Part shown: one piece after another, positions 10,805 through 18,308 of the stretch | Layout of the letters: each line of letters opens with the position of its first letter | Numbering within the stretch: the stretch's first letter is position 1 | Assembly (NCBI GenBank): GCA_035686785.1 | Contig: DASRZC010000168.1 | Coordinates: forward strand, 1-56,814 | Reading direction: 5' to 3' | DNA: 56,814 nucleotides | Source of the DNA: Candidatus Kapaibacterium sp. | GTDB lineage: Bacteria; Bacteroidota; Ignavibacteria; Palsa-1295 | Made by a program: the position numbers and the translations under genes | Notes under the pieces: model-generated | What the model was told of the DNA's origin: nothing | Seen by the model: only the letters and a program-made list of their open reading frames with translations | Database searches by the model: none

Positions 10805-11890
10805 TTAGAGCAACCGGTCGAGCACGGCGAAGAGACTCTCGGCATCGTGCTCGAAATGAAATTCGGTGAGTGCGAGCGAACGCTCCCGTTCTCGAAGCGC
10901 GGCATTCCGCGAATGTGCAAGCGCGGTTTCGATCCCCTGCCGAATCGACTTCGGATTGTTTACATCCACGAAGGAAATCCAAACCTCCTTTTCGAACAAA
11001 TCGGTGACTTGTTCCAGCCTGCTCGAAACCACCGGAATGCCGCACATCATATACTCGAAGAGTTTGCTCGGCAGTGCCAGTTCGTAGCTCCGCGAGATTG
11101 GCTCGATAAGGCAAATCCCGGCATCGCACGCCGCCGCGATGCGCAGCGCCTCCTCCGACGGCAATGCTCCCGCGAAATGGACCGAGGAAGCCAGCCCGAG
11201 TTCGGAGACTACGGCTTCAAGATGCGAGCGAAGCAGGCCATTGCCAATGAGCAATAAATGAATACCCTCCAAAGAAAGAGTTGGAATCGCTCTCAAAAGT
11301 TTTTCGAGCCCCCTCCCCTCCTGCAACCCGCCGACATAGACGAGAGATTTTGCCTCGGAAGGAATATCGTATTGAATTAGAATATCTTTTTCATGCGGGA
11401 TATTCGGATCGCGCCACGGAAGATTTCGAACAAGAACGGGACGAGGAAGGAAATGATGGACATCGCAAATCGCCTGAACGTCGCGCGGGCCGGTCACAAG
11501 CAGAAAATCCGTTGCAGCAAGTCCGCGCCGCTCCAATCGCTTCCAGATCCATTTTGCAACGGGCTTTCGAGCGACGCCGGGTAACTCCGTATAGACTTCG
11601 CGCGCATCGTAAATAAGAAGCGGCGCCCGGCCTCGGCGCTTCATGCTCGCGGCCGAGGAGAGCGAGAACAGATCGCAGGCCATCACGGCATCCGCAACGC
11701 GGCCCGCAATTTCTCGGCGGAGTTTTCTATCGAATTCGATAAATCGCCGAGGCCCGCGCTTTGCACTGGTCGTGGGTGCCAGTAGTTCTACTTCCCATCT
11801 CGCATTTTCGAAGAAGCGTTTGAAATTCTGGGCGCGGCGGTCCGTGGCGGCGTCCGCCATGGAAAGCATCAGGAGCGTGCGCTGCTTCAC
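10805..11890 (-). CDS. Glycosyltransferase, GT4 (group 1) family
   Basis: 361 aa. The C-terminal region LPSKLFEYMMCGIPVVSS resembles the GT-B EX7E region. There is a 4-nt overlap with the upstream gene. Confidence 0.75.
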   Translation of the reverse strand: MKQRTLLMLSMADAATDRRAQNFKRFFENARWEVELLAPTTSAKRGPRRFIEFDRKLRREIAGRVADAVMACDLFSLSSAASMKRRGRAPLLIYDAREVYTELPGVARKPVAKWIWKRLERRGLAATDFLLVTGPRDVQAICDVHHFLPRPVLVRNLPWRDPNIPHEKDILIQYDIPSEAKSLVYVGGLQEGRGLEKLLRAIPTLSLEGIHLLLIGNGLLRSHLEAVVSELGLASSVHFAGALPSEEALRIAAACDAGICLIEPISRSYELALPSKLFEYMMCGIPVVSSRLEQVTDLFEKEVWISFVDVNNPKSIRQGIETALAHSRNAALRERERSLALTEFHFEHDAESLFAVLDRLL

Positions 11891-12948
11891 GCTACCGGTG
11901 CATGACCTATCATGCGGTAATCTTTGTGGAGCGTCGATCGCAGCACGCCGCGCGAATCGAACTTCTCCTTGAAGTGGATGAGGCTCAGCGCCGGCGTCAT
12001 CGGATTGGCATCATTCGTATCCTGCGAGACTCCGATATCGACGAAATGATATCCCTGCTCTTTCGACCAACGCGTCACGCGATCCATCAGAAGATAAATC
12101 GGCTTGAGATGCTCGAAGGCATAGCGAAGCATGTGATAAAAGATGAGGGTGACACGGTCATTCGCAATAAAAAGAAGCGAGCCGGCGATTGGCTCCTCGC
12201 CAACACGGACGAGAAAGAGCTTCATAAAATCCGGCAAGAGGGATTCCAACCGAAATAGTTCTTCGAGCGAATGCGTGGGCGTGGCATTATATTTTGCTTT
12301 GTTTTCGAGCAGAATAGGATAGAATTCCTCGAGCATATCGTGAAGCGATGCGCGCTGCGATTCTTCGATCCAAACTTCCGGATGCGTTCGCGTGACATGC
12401 CGAACATGCTTCCGCGCTACGGATTGAAACCGGTCGAATGGCTGGCCCGGATGGCGCAGATCGATCGCATGTGAAATATAATGCCGCTGATACGCAAAGC
12501 CACGGTAGAGCAATGCGAAATCCAGATTCTGCGTCAGCACCGGCTGATAAATAACGGGCGGGGCCGTGAGATACACTTCGTCGATGGATTCCTTGCGAAT
12601 GTAGCTCTCAAATGCTTCGACGACATCGAGCGCCATCTGCGCGCTGATATCTTCCGTGACGAACGAGCCATAGCTCGCGCCGAGCGGCGATTCGAATACA
12701 CGGCCGTCTTCCCGCAATCCACCGGGCAGAACGGCAACGAGCTTGCTTCCCGCAAAGAAAAGAAGATGGTGAAAATGGAATCGTTCAGCGGGATGATACC
12801 GCAAAAATTGCTGGCGGTGAAAGGCCGTGCCGTTCATCGAGCGGCCAATAAAGCTGTCCCAGAGCGATTCATGCTCTACCGGATTGTATGGCACGACGCG
12901 GATGGATTTCGTCTCGATGCGGGTCAAGAGGGGTGCGATATCTGTCAT
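11887..12948 (-). CDS. FemAB-like / GNAT-fold acyltransferase (Acetyltransf_6-like)
   Basis: 353 aa. Overall pattern and size resemble BioF2-like/FemAB-like GNAT proteins. It is translationally coupled to the GT4 gene. Confidence 0.5.
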   Translation of the reverse strand: MTDIAPLLTRIETKSIRVVPYNPVEHESLWDSFIGRSMNGTAFHRQQFLRYHPAERFHFHHLLFFAGSKLVAVLPGGLREDGRVFESPLGASYGSFVTEDISAQMALDVVEAFESYIRKESIDEVYLTAPPVIYQPVLTQNLDFALLYRGFAYQRHYISHAIDLRHPGQPFDRFQSVARKHVRHVTRTHPEVWIEESQRASLHDMLEEFYPILLENKAKYNATPTHSLEELFRLESLLPDFMKLFLVRVGEEPIAGSLLFIANDRVTLIFYHMLRYAFEHLKPIYLLMDRVTRWSKEQGYHFVDIGVSQDTNDANPMTPALSLIHFKEKFDSRGVLRSTLHKDYRMIGHAPVA

Positions 12949-13030
12949 GGAAGTTCACGCTAACACTTATTGGGCACGAAAATTTCGTCCCATACCGTTT
13001 ACACGCAACTCATTCGCGTTCGCGCAGCCA

Positions 13031-13204
13031 TTTAAGGAGATTCTGATTACGTCCGCCTGTCATTCCGAGCGGAGCAAATCGGAGCGAAGCGACGATTTGC
13101 GGAATCGAGGAATCTCCGAAGATTCCTCGATTCCGTTCGTCCTCCCTTCGGCCGGACGAACTCCGCTCGGAATGACAGGGTGGACGTAATCAAGTTTTCT
13201 TAAA
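13031..13204. repeat. Palindromic intergenic element, copy B, with extended ~44-bp terminal inverted repeats
   Basis: The left arm TTTAAGGAGATTCTGATTACGTCCGCCTGTCATTCCGAGCGGAG is mirrored on the right arm. The internal modules are those of copy A in the opposite orientation. Confidence 0.9.
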
Positions 13205-13217
13205 TATTTTATACCTC

Positions 13218-13808
13218 GTGACCGATCGAATTCCTTTCAAATTTTTACCGCTCGCCGTTTTCGCCATCGTGCTCTTCGCCCCGCTTATCAGCGGGTGCCT
13301 CACGGCCGATAAAAAAGAAGTTCACCTAACGCTGAATGACGATGGCCGGAGCGGCTCCGGCAAAATCGTTTTTACCGGCATCGCCAGCACACCCGGGGAC
13401 TCCGCCAGCGCCATCGACGAGGATTTCAATACGCTTATCGCGGAATATTATCAGGGCCGCAAGATCGAGCTTGCGTATCCGGGCATGAAGAACGTCCGAA
13501 AAAAACTGGCTCAGAAGAATGGAAAGCTCATGGGCGAAATCGACTTCGATTTCGATGACGTTTCCGATCTCGGCATTTACCGCTACAAGGATTCCGGCCC
13601 CTATATGTATTACACTGTTTCCGAGGGTTTCCTGACGAGTGGCCAATACCAATCGAGCAACGGAACTTATTTAGGCGATAAATTTCCTATTATCTTTTGG
13701 GATTCCTCGGAGCGGGATCTCTCCTATACCATGTCCCTCACAACCCAGCAAGAGCCAAAGAAACCGCTGCTTGCCGAGTACGAGCGCTGGCAGGCAGGGC
13801 AGCATTGA
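13218..13808 (+). CDS. Hypothetical lipoprotein
   Basis: 196 aa with a GTG start. It has a signal peptide and the lipobox LISGC. Confidence 0.6.
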   Translation: MTDRIPFKFLPLAVFAIVLFAPLISGCLTADKKEVHLTLNDDGRSGSGKIVFTGIASTPGDSASAIDEDFNTLIAEYYQGRKIELAYPGMKNVRKKLAQKNGKLMGEIDFDFDDVSDLGIYRYKDSGPYMYYTVSEGFLTSGQYQSSNGTYLGDKFPIIFWDSSERDLSYTMSLTTQQEPKKPLLAEYERWQAGQH

Positions 13809-13815
13809 ACCGAAT

Positions 13816-14409
13816 TTACATCCCCGCCAACTTGCGAACTCTCCCTTTCGGCTTGGGGTGATGCCCGGAGGGCGGCGCAAGCGGATATTCCGTCTCCACG
13901 GTGCCGCGCATCATTTTCGAGAGCTTTGTCTTCAGCAGCGAAAGTTTGAACGGCGAGAGATAGTCGATGAAATATTTCCCATGCAGATGATCGATCTCAT
14001 GCTGGATCACGCGGGCCAGAATTTTATCGGCCTCCATTTCTACTTCCCGGAGATTTCGGTCCAGAAATTTCACCCCGATTTGTTCCGGACGGACAATTTC
14101 CTCCCGGATTCCCGGTAAACTCAGGCAACCCTCCTCGAATACCGATTCCCCTTCCGTACCCGTAAGCGCGGGATTGATAAGGACAAGCTCGCCGCGTTCT
14201 TCCATACCGGGGACATGCTTTAAATCAATAACCGTCAGCGCGAGCGATTTCCCGACCTGATTTGCCGCAAGCCCCAGCCCCTCCGCATTGCGCATCGTGG
14301 CAATGAGATTTTTAATTAGCTTTTGAAGTTCGGCGGAATCCTCCTCGATCTGCGAGGTCTCCTGCCGCAGAACGGGATGATCGAACGTGTATATCGGAAG
14401 AATTGGCAC
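13816..14409 (-). CDS. def: Peptide deformylase
   Basis: All three Def motifs are present: GLGLAANQVG, EGCLSLPG and QHEIDHL. The gene has a GTG start. Confidence 0.95.
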   Translation of the reverse strand: MPILPIYTFDHPVLRQETSQIEEDSAELQKLIKNLIATMRNAEGLGLAANQVGKSLALTVIDLKHVPGMEERGELVLINPALTGTEGESVFEEGCLSLPGIREEIVRPEQIGVKFLDRNLREVEMEADKILARVIQHEIDHLHGKYFIDYLSPFKLSLLKTKLSKMMRGTVETEYPLAPPSGHHPKPKGRVRKLAGM

Positions 14410-14418
14410 GGGCGGTTG

Positions 14419-14491
14419 TGGACCTGAGGGGACTCGAACCCCTTACCTCGTCGTTGCGAACGACGCGCTCTACCAGATGAGCTACAGGCCC
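14419..14491 (-). tRNA. tRNA-Ala (anticodon CGC)
   Basis: The reverse complement is GGGCCTGTAGCTCATCTGGTAGAGCGCGTCGTTCGCAACGACGAGGTAAGGGGTTCGAGTCCCCTCAGGTCCA. It folds as a cloverleaf with the G3:U70 Ala identity pair and anticodon loop TTCGCAA. The 3' CCA is not encoded. Confidence 0.9.
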
Positions 14492-14597
14492 TGGTTTCAA
14501 TGAAGAACGAAGATTTATTAGAATTCTCGGTTCTTCTGACTTCGGCGCTGAAAATGTTCTTTGGGCGGCGAGAGTTCCATTCGCCTTACAATAATTA

Positions 14598-16109
14598 TTA
14601 TTGCGCCACGAGGAGGACGCCCGTTTTTGTGAACGTTGGCATTTGCAGCCGATAATAGTAAGCTCCGTCGGCAAGGCCAGCGGATTCGAGGACGATCTGG
14701 TGCGGGCCAGGCGCATTTGCAGCATCCGCCACTGAGCGCACCTCGTTTCCAAGCTCATTATAGAGGGTCAGGACGCTTTCGCCCGGCGTGTTCTGATCAA
14801 AGGAAATCGAAGTCCGGCCTCGAACCGGATTGGGATAGACCTTTACGCCTTGCGCTTCCGAAGGCCCTGCCGCCACGCCGCTCTTCGGAGGATTTTCAAT
14901 TTGATACAGGAGCGAAACTAAATAATTGGAGGCAATGATGGTATCCGTAAGCGAATTGACATAGACGACCACGGTTACCGAGTCATGCGGAATGGTTGCC
15001 ATGATGGTTATAAATCCAATCATGGAACCGGCGTGTCCAAAGACATACTGGTAATCGTAGGAAGTGCCAATAAGCATCGTACCAAGATTGTAGTAAATCC
15101 CGTCCGTCATTTTATGAAAACTGTTGATGTTCAGCATTTGCGCGGTCGTCGTATTGCCGAGGAGTTGGCCGGTATAGAGCGCCTGTGACCACCTCGCCAA
15201 CTCCGCCGGAATCGAGACCATTCCGCCAGCCGTATTGGCCATCGAGAGTTGCGCCGTCTTATTGATCGAGTAATAGTCCACGCTGCCGTTAATTCGTGGA
15301 TCGTAATTCGAATAATTATGCGGGAAATTCGTCGGAATCGAATCGTACCAGGAACAGAGCGTATGGGTAAGCCCAAGCGGCGTTAAGAACCGCCGGTGGA
15401 TTTCCACGCTGGCCGGCTGCTTCGTGATGCTATCCGCGATCTGGCCGAGCAGCAGAAAATCCGTATTCGAATACCGGTAGCCGTGGCCCGGTTTGAAGTT
15501 TGGCGGGCCGACGAAATTTTCGAGAATTTCGGCAGCTGTCCAATGTTTTCCGGGATTATAGCTATACGCGCTATCGAGCAGCCGTGTCGCGGGATCGTCA
15601 TTCAAATAATCATAGACACCGCTCGAATGATCGAGCAGTTGCTCGATGGTGATCGTGCTATCGACATTCGGATAGCTCGGAAGATATTTAGAAATGGAAT
15701 CCGTGAGCGAAAGTTTGCCTTCGTCCCGAAGCTGCAGGATGAGAGCGGTGATAAACGTCTTGGTGACACTTCCGATTTCGAAGCTAAGATCTGGCGACAT
15801 GGGGTTACTATCGTCCGAAGTTCCCGCAGCGCCCGTCCATTGCGGATAACCGGGCACGATAACGCTTGCGGCGACGCCGTGTTTATCATAGGAAGGTGTA
15901 AGATCGTAAGTGGAATCGAGCGCAAACTGCAGCCGCGCGGAAAGAGAGGTATCGCTCTCGGGCGATGATGGCGAAGCGGAGAATCGTTCCGAAAACGGCG
16001 CCGGGCGGAGCGTTACAGACGTTTCCGCATTCACCGGCGGAAGGAATTGCGCGTGAAGAGGTGTATTAATAATCGTGAAGAGAACCGCCAGACAGGTACT
16101 GTATCGCAT
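14598..16109 (-). CDS. Beta-lactamase-fold serine hydrolase with T9SS C-terminal sorting domain
   Basis: SxxK motif in FEIGSVTKTF. The signal peptide begins at MRYSTCLAVL (16109); the ORF track extends to 16181. The C-terminal CTD reads VYPNPVRG...GAYYYRLQ...LLVAQ. Confidence 0.8.
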   Translation of the reverse strand: MRYSTCLAVLFTIINTPLHAQFLPPVNAETSVTLRPAPFSERFSASPSSPESDTSLSARLQFALDSTYDLTPSYDKHGVAASVIVPGYPQWTGAAGTSDDSNPMSPDLSFEIGSVTKTFITALILQLRDEGKLSLTDSISKYLPSYPNVDSTITIEQLLDHSSGVYDYLNDDPATRLLDSAYSYNPGKHWTAAEILENFVGPPNFKPGHGYRYSNTDFLLLGQIADSITKQPASVEIHRRFLTPLGLTHTLCSWYDSIPTNFPHNYSNYDPRINGSVDYYSINKTAQLSMANTAGGMVSIPAELARWSQALYTGQLLGNTTTAQMLNINSFHKMTDGIYYNLGTMLIGTSYDYQYVFGHAGSMIGFITIMATIPHDSVTVVVYVNSLTDTIIASNYLVSLLYQIENPPKSGVAAGPSEAQGVKVYPNPVRGRTSISFDQNTPGESVLTLYNELGNEVRSVADAANAPGPHQIVLESAGLADGAYYYRLQMPTFTKTGVLLVAQ

Positions 16110-16318
16110 GGAAATTCGAAAAAGTGAAGAATCACGAACAGTGCCGCAAGGCAATGGTTCGGTTTCGATGCAAGGGCACATCTAAAAACTCCGAAACTTG
16201 GATTCCCGCATTCACGGCGCGCGCGCGAAAAAATCGGCAACGCGCGCGTCGAATTCGAACGCAAGCGGAAGTTAGCCCCGCTCCCGACGGGAAACGGGGT
16301 GTCCGCAAAGGGAAGGGC

Positions 16319-17011
16319 TTAACTCGCCTGCGGCGCGAGCGTAAGCTCGGTATGCGGCTGCTTCATAAAGCTCGCGGCCACACCAATATTGAATACGATC
16401 GCCGCCAACACACCCACGAGGGAAAGATATCCCCCCTGCGAGTTCATGGCCGAAAGCGGCAACGCGGCCACGTAAAAGATGCCGGTCAGGTAGCCAAAGA
16501 AATTCACGGTCTTGCCAAACGCCTTCGTCCGCGAAGAGGCCAGGGCGGCGCAGAAGGTCAACACCCCGGCGGCCGCAACCGCGCAACTCTCGATGCCGAA
16601 TTGCAGTTGCTGCGCCGTCATGGCGTAGGCAAGATTCGCGTGCAAAACATAATCATGCACCGCCGCCTGGGTTCCGAGAATGCCGATCGTGCCGGCGGCG
16701 AGGAAGAGCGCGGCGCTAATGACGCCCCACCCGCCGATCACGATACCGAGCCACGGCTGCCGGCGCGAGAACCGTTGCGTGAAAGCCGCCGCAAGCACGA
16801 ACGTCGTGATCCCGAAGACCCAATCGAAAAAGAAATAGAACGTAAAGACGCTTTTGTGGTCGATCAGGAATTTCGCCGTTTTCGATGGATCGTTCCAGTC
16901 CGACATTTGCAGGCCAAAATGCGGCATGACCCACATCCAAATAACAACGGTTCCAGCCAGGAAAATGGATAACAACAGCGCGGCTTGCGCCGCGATTTTT
17001 CGGATACTCAT
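16319..17011 (-). CDS. Hypothetical integral membrane protein
   Basis: ~230 aa starting at MSIRKIAAQ, with several TM helices. No family is confidently recognised. Confidence 0.5.
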   Translation of the reverse strand: MSIRKIAAQAALLLSIFLAGTVVIWMWVMPHFGLQMSDWNDPSKTAKFLIDHKSVFTFYFFFDWVFGITTFVLAAAFTQRFSRRQPWLGIVIGGWGVISAALFLAAGTIGILGTQAAVHDYVLHANLAYAMTAQQLQFGIESCAVAAAGVLTFCAALASSRTKAFGKTVNFFGYLTGIFYVAALPLSAMNSQGGYLSLVGVLAAIVFNIGVAASFMKQPHTELTLAPQAS

Positions 17012-17225
17012 TACACAATCCCCCAAGAATAGTTTAAAGTATGGAAGAACCCGTGGCGCAAAGCATTCCAAGCCACGAGACTTCCTTAATTATCGTACAA
17101 ATATACGAAAGGAAATCGCAAGGGCGAAAAAATTGTGGCTGATGGAAAAAGACCATCGCGATTGAAACCTTTATTCGCTCCATCAACTTTCCACTATCAA
17201 TTATCCACTATCCTATTTCTGCGTT

Positions 17226-17675
17226 ATGGGAATCCGCTTTCGAAAGTACATCAAGATCCTGCCGGGCGTCCGGCTCAATATCTCCAAGAGCGGCGTGAGC
17301 ACGCGGATTGGCCCGAAGGGCTTCAGCGTGAACGTGGGCAAGCGCGGAACGTACCTCAACGCTGGCATTCCCGGCACGGGCATCTACGAGCGGGAAAAGC
17401 TTTCCACGACCGGCGACCACCCACACGGTGAAGTCCATACGAATAGGCAGGTCCATGCAACGCCCCCATCCGCGAATATATTGAAAGAAAAGCTCCGTCA
17501 CCTTCCCCTCAAAAGCATTCTCCTTTTTTTTGTGACGCTCATCGTTGTCGGGTACTTGCATCGTGGCTACATTGCCGCCCTCTGGGTTCTTGGATGGGCA
17601 TCCTATCTCGCTGTTAAATTAGCATTTGCCGTGAAGCAGCGAGTAGAAGAGCGGCAGTCACAGATGAAAAATTGA
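17226..17675 (+). CDS. DUF4236-domain protein
   Basis: The N-terminus MGIRFRKYIKILPGVRLNISKSGVSTRIGPKG matches the DUF4236 signature. There are C-terminal TM helices. Confidence 0.7.
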   Translation: MGIRFRKYIKILPGVRLNISKSGVSTRIGPKGFSVNVGKRGTYLNAGIPGTGIYEREKLSTTGDHPHGEVHTNRQVHATPPSANILKEKLRHLPLKSILLFFVTLIVVGYLHRGYIAALWVLGWASYLAVKLAFAVKQRVEERQSQMKN

Positions 17676-18268
17676 AAATGTTTTATGCTCCGTATCTACT
17701 AAAAAACTCCGGCTTTCCACAATCCAGCATAACGTCGATGTCAGCACGATTCCTTATTATACTTGCACTCCTATCGCTTCCAGGAATGCTTCTGGCCCAA
17801 ACTCCGGCCGACAGCGTTCATATTCTCGACAATATGAAATTCACGGTCAAAACCACCAATGGCGATGAGGTGAATTTCAGTAGCTATCTCGGCAAGGGGC
17901 CATTGCTCGTTAATTTTTGGGCGCTGTGGTGCGAGCCTTGCAAGCAGGAGATGAAAGCGTTCAAGGCGCTTTCGGACCGTTTTAAGGAGGAAGGCGTTCA
18001 AATGGTCGCAATCAATACCGATCAGGTCCGCTCGGTTGCAAAGGTTCGCGCGTATGTCGCCACGCAGCGGCTCGATTTCCCAGTGCTGCTCGATCCCGAT
18101 GGCGATATCGGCCGCGATGTTTTTTCGATGGAGTCACTTCCCTATAGCCTTATTCTCATGCCGGATGGCTCGGTCTATCGCAAGCATATCGGCTACACCG
18201 CCGGCGATGAACACGAGACGGAAAAGGAGCTTGTCGATCTGATCGCGAAGCTAAAGCAGAAGAGCTGA
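17672..18268 (+). CDS. TlpA/ResA-like thiol:disulfide oxidoreductase (thioredoxin fold)
   Basis: CxxC motif in FWALWCEPCKQE plus a signal sequence. An alternative start is MSARF at 17738. Confidence 0.85.
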   Translation: MKMFYAPYLLKNSGFPQSSITSMSARFLIILALLSLPGMLLAQTPADSVHILDNMKFTVKTTNGDEVNFSSYLGKGPLLVNFWALWCEPCKQEMKAFKALSDRFKEEGVQMVAINTDQVRSVAKVRAYVATQRLDFPVLLDPDGDIGRDVFSMESLPYSLILMPDGSVYRKHIGYTAGDEHETEKELVDLIAKLKQKS

Positions 18269-18280
18269 GACATTATTGCT

Positions 18281-18308
18281 CCCCTCCTTCTTTAGGAGGG
18301 GGCTTTTT
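18281..18308 (+). terminator. Rho-independent terminator candidate after the TlpA-like gene
   Basis: Stem CCCCTCCT / AGGAGGGG with loop TCTTT, then GCTTTTT. It overlaps the stop codon of the convergent PAS gene. Confidence 0.6.
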
